A DNA stretch of 32,000 nucleotides from Mycobacterium tuberculosis H37Rv (GTDB lineage: Bacteria; Actinomycetota; Actinomycetes; Mycobacteriales; Mycobacteriaceae): NCBI RefSeq assembly GCF_000195955.2, contig NC_000962.3:3150001-3182000 (forward strand), given 5' to 3'. This document shows positions 10,580-21,646 of this stretch, in pieces. The notes under the pieces were generated by a model. The model made no database searches, was not told the DNA's origin, and was given only the letters and a program-made list of their open reading frames with translations. The stretch's first letter is position 1, and every line of letters begins with the position of its first letter. A program made the translations under genes and the position numbers.

Positions 10580-12061
10580 TCATGCGGCACCTAACTTCAG
10601 CGCCTTGGTGCTCCATGACCACACCTCGTCGAACAGCGCGGGTTCATTCGACAGCTGCACCCCCAGCGACGGCACCATTTCTTTGAGCGTGGGCAGCCAG
10701 GATTGATAGCGGTTGGCAAAGCATTTCTGCAGCACGTCCAGCATGATCGCCACCGCGGTCGAAGCCCCTGGGGAGCCGCCCAGTAGTCCGGCAATACTAC
10801 CGTCAGCATCGCCGATGACCGTCGTGCCGAACTCGAGCACCCCGCCGTTGCGTTCATCTCGCCGGATCACCTGTACCCGCTGACCGGCTATCGTCAACTC
10901 CCAGTCCGAATCGATTGCGCTAGGGGCGAATTCGCGCAGCGCACTGACCCGCTCGGGTTCAGAGAGACGCAGCTGGCTGATCAAGTAGTTCAGCAGTCTC
11001 CGCTCGGTGAGGCCCACGCCGAGCACGGACAACAGATTGTCCGGCCTGATCGACCGGGGCAGGTCGCTGATCTGCCCGTGTTTCAAGAACTTCGGCGACC
11101 AGCCGGCGTATGGCCCGAACACCAGCCACGACTTGCCGTTGACAAACCGCAGATCCAGATGCAAGGCGCCCAACGGCGGGGCGCCCGGCGCCGGGAAGCC
11201 ATATACCTTTGCCCGATGCGAGGCGGTGAGCGCCGGGTTCCCGGCGCGCAGGAACCGACCGCCAATCGGGAAGCCGGCGAAGCCTTTGACCTCTTTGATC
11301 CCGGATTTCTGCAGCACCGGCAAGGTGTCACCCCCGGCCCCGACAAAGACGAACTTGGTGTTCAACTTGCGCTTTTCGCCGGTCCGGCGGTTGCACATGG
11401 TGACCGTCCAGCTGCCGTCGGATTGCCGCGAGAGGTTGCGAACCTCGTGCCCGAACAACGCGGTAGTGCCATTTTGCACGCAATAGCCGATGAGTTGTTT
11501 GGCGAGGGCACCGAAGTCGACGTCGGTGCCGTCGGCGGCCCAGTTGAGCGCCACCGGCTCGGAGAAGGCCCGTTTAGCGGCCATGAACGGCAGCCGGCGG
11601 GCGAATTCGTCGGGACTCTCGATGAACTCGGTGCCGGCGAACAGCGGGTTGCCGGCCAACGCCTTTTGGCGGCGCCGTAGATACTCGACGCCCCGCGATC
11701 CATGGACGAAACTCACGTGCGGCACAGGGTTGAGGAAGCTGCGCACGTCGGTGAGGATGCCGTTTTCGGCCGCGTATGCCCAGAACTGGCGGGTGACCTG
11801 GAATTGCTCGTTGACACGCACCGCTTTGGTGATGTCGATCGAGCCGTCCGGCATTTCTGGGGTGTAGTTCATCTCGCACAGCGCGGAGTGCCCGGTGCCG
11901 GCGTTGTTCCAGGGACCGCTGCTTTCGGCGGCTACCGCGTCCAGCCGTTCGATCAGGGTGATTGACCAGTTCGGTTCGAGCCGACGCAGCAGCACCCCCA
12001 GCGTGGCGCTCATGATGCCCGCACCGATCAGCACGACGTCGGTTCTGGCTAGGTCTGACAC
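10580..12061 (-). CDS. mqo: Malate:quinone oxidoreductase
   Basis: 493 aa; FAD-binding [23 protein letters not shown]; Mqo family motifs such as [20 protein letters not shown]. Confidence 0.95.
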   Translation of the reverse strand: MSDLARTDVVLIGAGIMSATLGVLLRRLEPNWSITLIERLDAVAAESSGPWNNAGTGHSALCEMNYTPEMPDGSIDITKAVRVNEQFQVTRQFWAYAAENGILTDVRSFLNPVPHVSFVHGSRGVEYLRRRQKALAGNPLFAGTEFIESPDEFARRLPFMAAKRAFSEPVALNWAADGTDVDFGALAKQLIGYCVQNGTTALFGHEVRNLSRQSDGSWTVTMCNRRTGEKRKLNTKFVFVGAGGDTLPVLQKSGIKEVKGFAGFPIGGRFLRAGNPALTASHRAKVYGFPAPGAPPLGALHLDLRFVNGKSWLVFGPYAGWSPKFLKHGQISDLPRSIRPDNLLSVLGVGLTERRLLNYLISQLRLSEPERVSALREFAPSAIDSDWELTIAGQRVQVIRRDERNGGVLEFGTTVIGDADGSIAGLLGGSPGASTAVAIMLDVLQKCFANRYQSWLPTLKEMVPSLGVQLSNEPALFDEVWSWSTKALKLGAA

Positions 12062-12267
12062 CGGACGGTTGGTTCCTTCCTTGGCTGCGCCGCTCCCAGG
12101 TTATCCCGACGGGTGTTAACACGATGACGTCCGCCTCCTGGGCCAGTAACCCTGTGCAGCGCGGGGCAGCCAACCCAAGACAATTACCCCGAAGCCCACA
12201 ATGTGCGTCCCTGGCCGCCATAGAATCCGCACTATCCGCCCAGTCCGGTTCTTCTTGGGAGGTAACG

Positions 12268-14115
12268 ATGTTGTATGTAGTTGCGTCACCCGACTTGATG
12301 ACCGCGGCGGCTACCAATCTGGCGGAGATTGGTTCGGCGATCAGCACGGCAAATGGTGCGGCGGCACTCCCGACTGTTGAGGTGGTGGCCGCGGCCGCCG
12401 ACGAGGTGTCCACGCAGATCGCGGCTCTATTCGGAGCGCATGCCAGGAGCTACCAAACCCTCAGCACCCAGGCAGCGGCGTTTCATAGTCGGTTTGTGCA
12501 GGCGTTGACCACGGCCGCGGCTTCCTACGCCAGCGTAGAGGCCGCCAACGCGTCGCCACTTCAGGTTGCGCTAGACGTGATTAATGCGCCCGCCCAGACA
12601 CTGCTCGGACGTCCGCTAATTGGTAACGGCGCCGACGGATCGACACCGGGGCAGGCCGGCGGGCCCGGCGGGTTGCTGTACGGCAACGGCGGTAATGGCG
12701 CCGCCGGTGGGCCCAACCAGGCCGGCGGCGCCGGCGGCAACGCCGGCTTGATCGGCAACGGCGGGGCGGGCGGCGCCGGGGGTGTTGGCGCGGTCGGCGG
12801 TAAACGCGGCACGGGCGGCCTGCTATTCGGCAACGGCGGGGCCGGCGGGCAAGGCGGGCTCGGCCTCGCAGGTATCAACGGCGGCAGCGGCGGGCAGGGA
12901 GGCCACGGTGGCAACGCCATCCTGTTCGGCCAGGGCGGTGCCGGCGGGCCAGGTGGCACCGGCGCCATGGGCGTCGCCGGCACCAATCCCACCCCCATCG
13001 GCACCGCAGCGCCTGGCAGCGACGGCGTAAATCAGATTGGGAACGGTGGTAACACGGACCTCACCGGCGGCGCCGGTGGCGACGGCAATGCCGGCAGCAC
13101 CACCGTGAACGGCGGCAACGGCGGTACCGGCGGCGCAGCTAGGAACTCATCTGGTGGTACCGGTAACTCCTTTGGTGGTGCCGGCGGCGCCGGAGGCGAC
13201 GGCGCCAACGGCGGCGACGGTGGCGCTGGCGGGGAAGCCCTCACCGAAGGCGGTGCCACCGCCGTTAGTGGTGCTGGTGGTAAGGGAGGTAACGCCGAGG
13301 CTTCCGGCGGCGCCGGCGGCAACGGCGGCAAAGGTGGCTTTGCTCAGGCCACCACCAGCGTGACCGGGGGTAACGGCGGTAACGGTGGCAATGGCCACGA
13401 CAGTAACGCGCCGGGCGGCGCTGGCGGCAGCGGTGGCGTCGGCGGTGACGGCGGCCGTGGCGGCCTGCTGGCCGGCAACGGCGGCACCGGCGGTGCCGGT
13501 GGCAACGGCGGTACCGGTGGCGCCGGTGCCCCCGGCGGTGCCGGCGGCGCCGGCGGCAAAGCCGACATCGCCAACAGCCTCGGCGACAATGCCACCGTAA
13601 CCGGGGGCAATGGCGGGACAGGCGGAGACGGCGGCAGCGCGCTGGGCACCGGGGGGGCTGGGGGTGCCGGAGGTCTAGGTGGTCACGGGGGTGCAGGCGG
13701 GCTGCTGATTGGCAACGGCGGCGCCGGTGGCGCTGGCGGCCTCGGCGGTGCGGGCGGCGCCGGCGGTGCGGGCGGTGAGGGCGGTGCCGGCGGCGCCGGA
13801 GGCGAAGCTATTCCCGGCGGGGCGTCCACCAACTCCGCCGGCGGTGACGGAGGGGCGGGCGGTACTGGCGGCAATGGCGGTGACGGCGGTGCCGGCGGAG
13901 CCCCCGGCCTCGGTGGCGCGGGCGGGGCCGGCGGATGGTTGATCGGCCAGTCGGGCAGCACCGGCGGCGGTGGCGCCGGCGGTGCCGGTGGTGCCGGAGG
14001 TGCCGGTGGCGCGGGCGGCAGCGGCGGTGCGGGTGGCCATGGCGACACTACCTCCGGCAAGAACGGTTCGTCTGGCACCGCGGGCTTCGACGGCAACCCC
14101 GGGCAGCCCGGCTGA
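12268..14115 (+). CDS. PE_PGRS48: PE-PGRS family protein
   Basis: PE domain ([32 protein letters not shown]...) followed by long Gly/Ala-rich GGxGG repeats; 615 aa from ATG at 12268, although the frame stays open upstream to 12124. Confidence 0.92.
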   Translation: MLYVVASPDLMTAAATNLAEIGSAISTANGAAALPTVEVVAAAADEVSTQIAALFGAHARSYQTLSTQAAAFHSRFVQALTTAAASYASVEAANASPLQVALDVINAPAQTLLGRPLIGNGADGSTPGQAGGPGGLLYGNGGNGAAGGPNQAGGAGGNAGLIGNGGAGGAGGVGAVGGKRGTGGLLFGNGGAGGQGGLGLAGINGGSGGQGGHGGNAILFGQGGAGGPGGTGAMGVAGTNPTPIGTAAPGSDGVNQIGNGGNTDLTGGAGGDGNAGSTTVNGGNGGTGGAARNSSGGTGNSFGGAGGAGGDGANGGDGGAGGEALTEGGATAVSGAGGKGGNAEASGGAGGNGGKGGFAQATTSVTGGNGGNGGNGHDSNAPGGAGGSGGVGGDGGRGGLLAGNGGTGGAGGNGGTGGAGAPGGAGGAGGKADIANSLGDNATVTGGNGGTGGDGGSALGTGGAGGAGGLGGHGGAGGLLIGNGGAGGAGGLGGAGGAGGAGGEGGAGGAGGEAIPGGASTNSAGGDGGAGGTGGNGGDGGAGGAPGLGGAGGAGGWLIGQSGSTGGGGAGGAGGAGGAGGAGGSGGAGGHGDTTSGKNGSSGTAGFDGNPGQPG

Positions 14116-14151
14116 GCGGCACAAGATCTGAACGCGCTCTAAGCTGACCCC

Positions 14152-15192
14152 GTGACTGGCTGGGTGCCCGATGTGCTGCCCGGCTATTGGCAGTGCACAA
14201 TTCCGCTCGGGCCGGATCCCGACGACGAGGGCGACATTGTCGCAACCCTGGTCGGCCGCGGTCCGCAAACAGGGAAAGCCCGCGGAGACACCACTGGGGC
14301 ACACCACACGGTCCTGGCGGTGCACGGCTACACCGACTACTTCTTCCATACCGAGCTGGCCGATCACTTCGCCAACCGTGGCTTCGCGTTCTATGCACTT
14401 GACCTGCGCAAATGCGGCCGATCGCGAGCGCCCGGCCAGACGCCGCACTTCATCACCGACCTGGCCCGCTATGACACCGAACTCGAGCACTCCCTGTCCA
14501 TCATCAACGAGCAGAACCGCTCGGCGAAGGTCCTGGTATACGGCCACTCCGCCGGCGGGCTCATCGTGTCGCTGTGGCTGGACCGGTTGCGCCAGCGCGG
14601 CGAGATCACCCGCGCGGGGGTCACCGGCCTGGTGCTCAATAGCCCGTTCCTGGATCTGCAAGGCCCGGCAATCCTGCGCCTGCCGCTGACCTCGGCGTTC
14701 TTCGCCGCGATGGCGCGAATGCGCCCCAAGTGGGTAGCCCGGCCACCAAAAGAAGGCGGTTACGGTTGCACGCTGCACCGGGACTATGACGGAGAGTTCG
14801 ACTACAACCTGCAATGGAAACCGGTGGGCGGTTTCCCGGTCACCTTCGGCTGGATTCATGCCAGCCGTCGTGGCCACGCACGGTTACATCGCGGGATCGA
14901 CGTCGGTGTGCCCAACCTGATCCTGTGTTCGGATCACACGGTACGGGAAAAGGCCGACCCGGCGACCCTGCACCGCGGCGATGCGGTTCTCGACGTCACC
15001 CATATCACCCGCTGGGCCGGCTGCATCGGCAACCGCAGCACCGTCATCGCGGTGGCGGACGCCAAACACGATGTGTTCTTGTCGCTGCCGCAACCGCGCC
15101 AGATGGCTTATCGCCGACTGGATCTCTGGTTGGACGACTACCTCGGCACACACAACGACACCGACGCTTCGGCATCGTCGGGGAAAGGGTGA
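14152..15192 (+). CDS. Alpha/beta hydrolase (serine aminopeptidase S33 / monoacylglycerol lipase-like)
   Basis: 346 aa; nucleophile elbow VYGHSAGG, VLNSPFLDL; GTG start. Confidence 0.85.
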   Translation: MTGWVPDVLPGYWQCTIPLGPDPDDEGDIVATLVGRGPQTGKARGDTTGAHHTVLAVHGYTDYFFHTELADHFANRGFAFYALDLRKCGRSRAPGQTPHFITDLARYDTELEHSLSIINEQNRSAKVLVYGHSAGGLIVSLWLDRLRQRGEITRAGVTGLVLNSPFLDLQGPAILRLPLTSAFFAAMARMRPKWVARPPKEGGYGCTLHRDYDGEFDYNLQWKPVGGFPVTFGWIHASRRGHARLHRGIDVGVPNLILCSDHTVREKADPATLHRGDAVLDVTHITRWAGCIGNRSTVIAVADAKHDVFLSLPQPRQMAYRRLDLWLDDYLGTHNDTDASASSGKG

Positions 15193-15204
15193 TGGCCCCT
15201 ACAA

Positions 15205-16584
15205 ATGGAAACGTACGACATCGCGATCATCGGAACCGGTTCGGGCAACAGCATTCTCGACGAACGCTATGCCAGCAAGCGGGCGGCGATCTGCGAGCAG
15301 GGCACCTTCGGCGGCACCTGCCTCAATGTCGGGTGCATCCCCACAAAAATGTTCGTCTACGCCGCCGAGGTGGCCAAGACCATCCGAGGCGCGTCGCGTT
15401 ACGGTATCGACGCGCACATCGACCGGGTGCGATGGGACGACGTCGTCTCGCGCGTCTTCGGGCGCATCGATCCGATCGCGCTGAGCGGCGAGGACTATCG
15501 AAGGTGTGCGCCCAACATCGACGTGTACCGCACACACACCCGTTTCGGGCCGGTTCAGGCCGATGGCCGCTACCTGTTGCGCACTGACGCGGGTGAAGAG
15601 TTCACCGCCGAGCAGGTGGTGATAGCCGCCGGATCGCGGCCGGTGATTCCGCCGGCCATCCTCGCGTCCGGCGTCGACTATCACACCAGCGATACCGTCA
15701 TGCGGATCGCCGAGTTGCCGGAGCACATCGTGATCGTCGGAAGCGGCTTCATTGCAGCGGAATTCGCACATGTGTTTTCCGCTCTGGGCGTACGGGTCAC
15801 CCTGGTGATCCGGGGCAGCTGCTTACTACGGCATTGTGACGACACCATCTGCGAACGGTTCACCCGCATCGCATCGACCAAATGGGAGCTGCGCACCCAT
15901 CGCAACGTTGTGGACGGCCAGCAGCGCGGCTCGGGCGTCGCGCTGCGGCTAGACGATGGTTGCACCATCAACGCCGACCTACTGTTGGTAGCGACAGGCC
16001 GGGTGTCCAACGCCGACCTGCTGGATGCCGAGCAGGCCGGTGTCGATGTCGAGGACGGCCGGGTGATAGTCGACGAGTACCAACGGACTTCGGCGCGTGG
16101 GGTTTTTGCGCTGGGCGATGTCTCGTCGCCGTACTTGCTCAAGCATGTCGCCAACCACGAGGCCCGCGTCGTGCAGCACAATCTGCTCTGCGACTGGGAG
16201 GACACCCAGTCGATGATCGTCACCGACCACCGATACGTACCGGCTGCGGTATTCACCGATCCTCAGATCGCTGCCGTCGGACTCACTGAAAACCAAGCTG
16301 TGGCAAAGGGACTCGATATTTCGGTCAAGATACAGGACTATGGTGACGTCGCGTACGGCTGGGCGATGGAGGACACCAGTGGAATCGTCAAGCTCATCAC
16401 CGAGCGCGGCTCTGGGCGCTTACTGGGCGCACACATCATGGGTTACCAGGCATCCTCGCTCATCCAACCGTTGATCCAGGCGATGAGCTTTGGGCTGACC
16501 GCCGCCGAAATGGCCCGCGGCCAGTACTGGATTCATCCGGCGCTGCCGGAGGTGGTGGAAAACGCGCTGCTTGGCCTGCGTTGA
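15205..16584 (+). CDS. mtr: Mycothione reductase
   Basis: 459 aa; disulfide-active motif [16 protein letters not shown]-terminal [22 protein letters not shown]. Confidence 0.94.
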   Translation: METYDIAIIGTGSGNSILDERYASKRAAICEQGTFGGTCLNVGCIPTKMFVYAAEVAKTIRGASRYGIDAHIDRVRWDDVVSRVFGRIDPIALSGEDYRRCAPNIDVYRTHTRFGPVQADGRYLLRTDAGEEFTAEQVVIAAGSRPVIPPAILASGVDYHTSDTVMRIAELPEHIVIVGSGFIAAEFAHVFSALGVRVTLVIRGSCLLRHCDDTICERFTRIASTKWELRTHRNVVDGQQRGSGVALRLDDGCTINADLLLVATGRVSNADLLDAEQAGVDVEDGRVIVDEYQRTSARGVFALGDVSSPYLLKHVANHEARVVQHNLLCDWEDTQSMIVTDHRYVPAAVFTDPQIAAVGLTENQAVAKGLDISVKIQDYGDVAYGWAMEDTSGIVKLITERGSGRLLGAHIMGYQASSLIQPLIQAMSFGLTAAEMARGQYWIHPALPEVVENALLGLR

Positions 16585-16683
16585 CCGCAACGGCGAGCCG
16601 TCGTCCGGCAAGCGATTTGCATCCCGTCAGCGCCTTACCTACAGTCGGGACATCGCGTTCTGCCCCGTGCTGGAAGGACCGAC

Positions 16684-17802
16684 ATGGCCAGCAGCCAGCT
16701 CGACAGGCAGAGGTCGCGGTCGGCCAAAATGAACCGCGCTCTGACAGCAGCAGAATGGTGGCGTCTGGGCCTGATGTTCGCGGTGATCGTCGCCTTGCAT
16801 CTGGTTGGCTGGCTCACCGTGACGCTCTTGGTGGAGCCCGCGCGGCTCAGCTTGGGCGGCAAGGCATTCGGCATCGGCGTCGGGCTGACGGCGTACACGC
16901 TGGGCTTACGGCACGCGTTCGACGCCGACCACATCGCCGCCATCGACAACACCACCCGCAAGCTGATGAGCGACGGACACCGACCCCTTGCCGTCGGGTT
17001 CTTCTTTTCACTGGGCCACTCCACGGTGGTCTTCGGGCTGGCGGTAATGCTGGTGACCGGACTCAAGGCTATCGTCGGACCGGTCGAGAACGACTCCTCG
17101 ACGCTGCATCACTACACAGGCTTGATCGGTACCAGCATTTCCGGCGCGTTCCTGTATTTGATCGGCATCCTCAACGTCATCGTCCTGGTCGGCATCGTGC
17201 GTGTCTTCGCCCACCTGCGCCGCGGCGACTACGACGAAGCCGAACTCGAACAGCAGTTGGACAACCGCGGACTGCTCATCCGGTTCCTCGGCCGCTTCAC
17301 CAAGTCACTCACCAAGTCCTGGCATATGTACCCGGTCGGATTTTTGTTCGGTCTCGGGTTCGACACCGCCACCGAGATCGCGCTGTTGGTGCTGGCGGGA
17401 ACCAGTGCCGCGGCCGGCCTGCCCTGGTATGCCATCCTGTGCCTGCCCGTCTTGTTCGCCGCCGGCATGTGTCTGCTGGACACCATCGACGGTTCGTTCA
17501 TGAATTTCGCGTACGGCTGGGCCTTCTCCAGCCCCGTGCGCAAGATCTACTACAACATCACCGTCACCGGACTGTCGGTGGCAGTCGCACTGTTGATTGG
17601 CAGCGTTGAGCTGCTGGGCCTGATCGCCAACCAGTTGGGTTGGCAGGGCCCGTTCTGGGACTGGCTTGGCGGCCTCGACCTCAACACCGTCGGCTTCGTC
17701 GTCGTCGCGATGTTCGCGCTCACCTGGGCCATTGCCCTGCTGGTCTGGCACTACGGCCGCGTTGAAGAGCGGTGGACCCCGGCGCCCGACCGCACAACTT
17801 GA
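16684..17802 (+). CDS. nicT: Nickel/cobalt permease (NiCoT family)
   Basis: 372 aa polytopic; NiCoT signature RHAFDADHIAAIDNTTRK and GFDTATEIALL. Confidence 0.93.
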   Translation: MASSQLDRQRSRSAKMNRALTAAEWWRLGLMFAVIVALHLVGWLTVTLLVEPARLSLGGKAFGIGVGLTAYTLGLRHAFDADHIAAIDNTTRKLMSDGHRPLAVGFFFSLGHSTVVFGLAVMLVTGLKAIVGPVENDSSTLHHYTGLIGTSISGAFLYLIGILNVIVLVGIVRVFAHLRRGDYDEAELEQQLDNRGLLIRFLGRFTKSLTKSWHMYPVGFLFGLGFDTATEIALLVLAGTSAAAGLPWYAILCLPVLFAAGMCLLDTIDGSFMNFAYGWAFSSPVRKIYYNITVTGLSVAVALLIGSVELLGLIANQLGWQGPFWDWLGGLDLNTVGFVVVAMFALTWAIALLVWHYGRVEERWTPAPDRTT

Positions 17803-17867
17803 CCTCGGGCGATCAACCCTAGGGCGGTGCCGCCGGAATCGAGACGGTAGCCAAGCGAGCGGTCGAC

Positions 17868-18427
17868 GTGTTGGAAAAGATCTTCGCCGAGAACGATGTC
17901 CGCGCGAACGTCAACCGGGCGGCGTTTGAGAACAACGGGATCCGCGCGCTGGACCTGATGAGCTCACCGGGGTCGGGGAAGACGACCGTGCTGGGCGCCG
18001 CGCTCGACGAGCACGCCGACCAATTCGCAATCGGCGTTATCGAAGGCGACATCACCACCGACCTGGACGCGGCCAATGGCCGCGGCACCCAGGTGTCGCT
18101 GCTGAACAACCAGCATGGCTTTTGCGCCGAATGCCACCTCGACGCACCTATGGTCAACCGCGCCCTAGCTGGTGCGCCCGACGGAGTTCGACGTCGGTAA
18201 GCGCCAAGGCGATGGTCTCCTCGGTCACCGAGGGCAAGGACAAGCCGCTGATGTACCCGGCGACGTTCCGCTCGAGGGATGTAGTGCTGCTCGACAAGAT
18301 CGACTTGGTGCCCTTTCTGGACGCCGACGTGGACGCGTATATCGCGCATGTCCGCGAGGTCAACGCAGCCGCGACGATCCTGCCGACCAGCACGCGCACC
18401 GGAGCCGGCATGGGGTCCTGGTCATGA
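17868..18427 (+). pseudogene. Decayed hypB-like GTPase (hydrogenase/urease nickel incorporation), split over three frames
   Basis: Frame 1: MLEKIFAENDVRANVNRAAF...LDLMSSPGSGKTTVLGAAL...CHLDAPMVNRALAG. Frame 2: VRPTEFDVG. Frame 3: SSVTEGKDKPLMYPATFRSRDVVLLDKIDLVPFLDADVDAYIAHVREVNAAATILPTSTRTGAGMGSW. All are HypB-like but none continuous. Confidence 0.85.
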
Positions 18428-18582
18428 GCCGCCGGAAACGGCTCGTCTCATCGGCTTTCACGGTGAGGCCACCGCAGCCGAAATGGACAACGTTGATCGT
18501 CTTCCGGGCCTGACAGCAATCCGACTGTGAAATGCACTACGCGACACGCTAACCCGTTGCGCAGTTCACACTCGGGGCGCGA

Positions 18583-19359
18583 TCACAGCGGAGTGACATA
18601 GGCCGAGCTGATCCCACCGTCGACCAGGAACGTCGAAGCGGTGATGAATGATGCGTCGTCGCTGGCTAAAAACGCTACCGCAGCAGCAATTTCGTCGGGC
18701 TCGGCGAACCGGCCCAGCGGCACATGCACCATGCGGCGAGCGGCCCGTTCCGGGTTCTTGGCGAAAAGCTCTTGCAGCAGTGGGGTGTTCACCGGCCCCG
18801 GGCACAACGCGTTGACCCGGATGCCCTGCCGAGCGAATTGCACGCCCAGTTCCCGTGACATAGCCAGCACTCCACCCTTGGAGGCGGTGTAGGAGATCTG
18901 CGACGTTGCCGAACCCATCACCGCAACGAAGGACGCCGTGTTGACGATGGAGCCTTTCCCAGCAAGCACCATGTGGCGCAGGGCCGCCCGGCAGCACAAG
19001 TACACCGACTTCAGGTTGACGTCTTGTACCCGTTGCCACGCCGCGAGCTCGGTGTTTTCGATCAGATTGTCCTCGGGTGGTGAGATGCCGGCGTTGTTGA
19101 ACGCAATATCTATGCGGCCGTAGGTTTCGGCTGCTCCGTCGAACAGCCCGTTGACGGCGTCCTCATCGCAAACGTCGGTTGGCACAAACAAGCCTGATAG
19201 TTCGTCAGCGGCCGCACCACCGGCCTCGACGTCGACGTCGCCGACCACGATCGTGGCGCCTTCCGCCCGCATCCGACGGCCGGCAGCCAGGCCAATACCG
19301 CTGCCACCGCCTGTGATCACCGCCACCCGGCCGGCCAGCCGTTGGCTGAGGTCCATCAC
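18583..19359 (-). CDS. Short-chain dehydrogenase/reductase
   Basis: 258 aa; TGGGSGIG and YTASKGGV motifs. Confidence 0.92.
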   Translation of the reverse strand: MMDLSQRLAGRVAVITGGGSGIGLAAGRRMRAEGATIVVGDVDVEAGGAAADELSGLFVPTDVCDEDAVNGLFDGAAETYGRIDIAFNNAGISPPEDNLIENTELAAWQRVQDVNLKSVYLCCRAALRHMVLAGKGSIVNTASFVAVMGSATSQISYTASKGGVLAMSRELGVQFARQGIRVNALCPGPVNTPLLQELFAKNPERAARRMVHVPLGRFAEPDEIAAAVAFLASDDASFITASTFLVDGGISSAYVTPL

Positions 19360-20723
19360 ATCTCCTCCCCGACGGCGATGAACACATTTTTGGTTTCGGT
19401 GAACTGCAGCGGAGCGTCCGGCCCTAGCTCGCGGCCCACACCGGACTGCTTGAAACCGCCAAACGGGGTGTTGAAGCGCACCGACGAGTGCGAGTTTACC
19501 GACAGGTTGCCGGATTCGACCGCCCGCGCCACCCGCAGCGCGCGGGACAGGTCATCGGTCCAGATCGATCCGGACAGCCCGTACGCGGTGTCGTTGGCCA
19601 GGCTGATAGCGTCGGCCTCGTCGTCGAACGTCAGCACTACAACCACCGGCCCGAAGATTTCGTCGGTGACGGTGCGGTCGCCGCGTTTGGGTGTGAGAAC
19701 GGTTGGTGGAAACCAAAATCCGCGCCCAGCCGGAGCCGTACCCCGAAACGCCACCGGAGCGTCGTCGGGCACATAACCGGCGACCTTGTCACGGTGTGCG
19801 CGCGATACCAGCGGACCCATCTCGGTGGCGCGTGATCCGGGGTCCCCGACGACAATGCTGTGTACCGCCGGCTCGAGCAGCTCCATAAACCGGTCGTAAA
19901 CGCTGCGCTGCACCAGGATTCGACTTCGGGCACAGCAATCCTGCCCAGCGTTGTCGAAGACCCCGGCCGGCGCGGTCGTCGCGGCGCGCTCCAGGTCGCA
20001 GTCGTGGAAGACGATGTTGGCGCTCTTGCCACCCAGTTCCAACGTCACTCGTTTGACTTGAGCCGCGGCACCGGCCATGACCCGCTTGCCGACTTCGGTG
20101 GACCCGGTGAACACGATCTTGCGAATGTCGGGGTGGGTGACGAACCGCTCCCCGACCACCGTGCCCTTTCCCGGCAACACCTGCAGCAGGTCTTCGTCCA
20201 GACCCGCCTCGACGGCCAGCTCACCGAGCCGCATCGTGGTCAGCGGCGTCAGTTCGGCGGGTTTGACCAGCACCGCGTTGCCGGCGGCCAGCGCCGGCGC
20301 GATGGCCCAGGACGCGATCACCATCGGGAAATTCCATGGCGTGATCACACCGACCACGCCCATCGGTTCGTTGAAAGTGACGTCCACCCCGCCGGCAACG
20401 GGAATCTGCCTGCCGGACAACCGTTCCGGGCTGGCGGCATAGAACGCCAACACGTCACGCACGTGGCCGGCTTCCCACTCGGCCGACACGATCGGATGTC
20501 CGGAATTGGCTACCTCGAGCGCGGCCAGTTCGTCGAGGTGGGCTTGCACGGCTGCCGCGAATGCGCGCAGGCCGGCCGCCCGCTGCGCCGGTGCCAACCG
20601 TGCCCAGCGCCGCTGCGCTGCTCGCGCGCGTTGCACGGCGTCGTCCACCGCGTTGGCGTCGGTGTGGTCAACTGAGGCCAGCACTTCCTCGGTGGCGGGA
20701 TTGATCAGTTGCGTGGTACTCAT
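19356..20723 (-). CDS. aldC: NAD(P)-dependent aldehyde dehydrogenase
   Basis: 455 aa; ALDH motifs VTLELGGKSANIVFHD and FDNAGQDCCARSRILV; 4-bp overlap with the downstream SDR. Confidence 0.93.
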   Translation of the reverse strand: MSTTQLINPATEEVLASVDHTDANAVDDAVQRARAAQRRWARLAPAQRAAGLRAFAAAVQAHLDELAALEVANSGHPIVSAEWEAGHVRDVLAFYAASPERLSGRQIPVAGGVDVTFNEPMGVVGVITPWNFPMVIASWAIAPALAAGNAVLVKPAELTPLTTMRLGELAVEAGLDEDLLQVLPGKGTVVGERFVTHPDIRKIVFTGSTEVGKRVMAGAAAQVKRVTLELGGKSANIVFHDCDLERAATTAPAGVFDNAGQDCCARSRILVQRSVYDRFMELLEPAVHSIVVGDPGSRATEMGPLVSRAHRDKVAGYVPDDAPVAFRGTAPAGRGFWFPPTVLTPKRGDRTVTDEIFGPVVVVLTFDDEADAISLANDTAYGLSGSIWTDDLSRALRVARAVESGNLSVNSHSSVRFNTPFGGFKQSGVGRELGPDAPLQFTETKNVFIAVGEEM

Positions 20724-21646
20724 CGTGGCTCCGCTTGGCTCTGCCGGCCCGCGTATCCGCTGGCGGCGTCCACCAACGCCTTAAACAGCCGCAGATCGTC
20801 CAACGACTTCTCCGGATGCCACTGCACCGCTAGTACGAACGTGTCCCCAGGTAGCTCCAGCGCCTCGATTACCCCGTCGACATCCACCGCACTGACCACC
20901 AGGCCCTCACCGACCTGGTCGATGGCTTGGTGGTGGTAGCACGGCACGTCGGCGGATTCGCCGATCAGCTCGGCCAACCGGGTGCCCGATGCGGTGTGGA
21001 CCGGCAACCTGGTGAAGACCCCGTTGCCCGCCCGATGCCCGCTATGGCCAAGGATGTCGGGCAGGTGCTGGTGCAGCGTGCCGCCGAGCGCGACGTTGAG
21101 CACCTGGGTGCCGCGACAGATGCCCAACACGGGCATCCCCCGCTGAAGCGCGCCCCGCAATAGCGCGAACTCCCAAGCGTCGCGGCCCGGGCGAGGGTGA
21201 TCGGTGGCCGGATGCGGCTCCTGGCCATAAGCTGCCGGGTCCAGGTCGTAGCCCCCGGTGATCACCAGAGCGTGCAGGCTGTCCAGCACGCAGCCGACGC
21301 TCTCGGGGTCGACCGGCTGCGGCGGCAGCAGTACCGCAACACCCCCGGCCATGGTGATGCCTTCGAAGTAATCGGCGGGCAGATAACCCGCAGGAATATC
21401 CCAAACCCCGGTGCGCACCTGCTCCAGATAAGCCGTCAGGCCAACCACCGGGCGACTCGCGCCCAGTGGCGATCGCAAGCGCGGCGAAGCCGGGCGCAGC
21501 GGGTCGCCACCATCGGACACAGGCGATCGCAAGCGCGGCGAAGCCGGGCGCAGCGGGTCGCCACCATCGGACACAGGCGATCGCAAGCGCGGCGAAGCCG
21601 GGCGCAGCGGGTCGCCACCATCGGACCTAGAGGCGCTCAAATCCAC
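20720..21646 (-). CDS. Class I glutamine amidotransferase-like / gamma-glutamyl hydrolase (PuuD-like, peptidase C26)
   Basis: Catalytic motif LPVLGICRGTQVLNVALGG and VQWHPE. The 308-aa form from GTG at 21646 contains an N-terminal 18-aa tandem repeat; the true start may be further downstream. Confidence 0.85.
   Translation of the reverse strand: MDLSASRSDGGDPLRPASPRLRSPVSDGGDPLRPASPRLRSPVSDGGDPLRPASPRLRSPLGASRPVVGLTAYLEQVRTGVWDIPAGYLPADYFEGITMAGGVAVLLPPQPVDPESVGCVLDSLHALVITGGYDLDPAAYGQEPHPATDHPRPGRDAWEFALLRGALQRGMPVLGICRGTQVLNVALGGTLHQHLPDILGHSGHRAGNGVFTRLPVHTASGTRLAELIGESADVPCYHHQAIDQVGEGLVVSAVDVDGVIEALELPGDTFVLAVQWHPEKSLDDLRLFKALVDAASGYAGRQSQAEPR
21468..21626. repeat. 54-bp tandem repeat (VNTR), about 3 copies, in the 5' part of the PuuD-like ORF
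   Basis: Unit GGCGATCGCAAGCGCGGCGAAGCCGGGCGCAGCGGGTCGCCACCATCGGACACA begins at 21468, 21522 and 21576. Minus-strand translation repeats [18 protein letters not shown]. Confidence 0.97.

Noticed and set aside
12124-12267. Upstream extension of PE_PGRS48 (663-aa ORF)
   Set aside because: The PE domain signature begins at the ATG at 12268; the preceding 48 residues resemble intergenic translation.
11574-12413. 279-aa minus-strand ORF overlapping mqo and the PE_PGRS48 start
   Set aside because: Out-of-frame with mqo and lacks any recognisable motif; typical high-GC shadow ORF.
12561-14096. Antisense proline-rich and alternative-frame ORFs inside PE_PGRS48
   Set aside because: Long open frames on the opposite strand are a composition artefact of GGC-rich PGRS sequence.
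16581-17609. 342-aa plus-strand ORF overlapping nicT
   Set aside because: Arg/Pro-rich shadow frame of nicT; the nicT frame carries clear NiCoT motifs.
21468-21626. Possible second CRISPR-like array
   Set aside because: Same reasoning: 54-bp tandem copies without spacers, related to the dispersed element.
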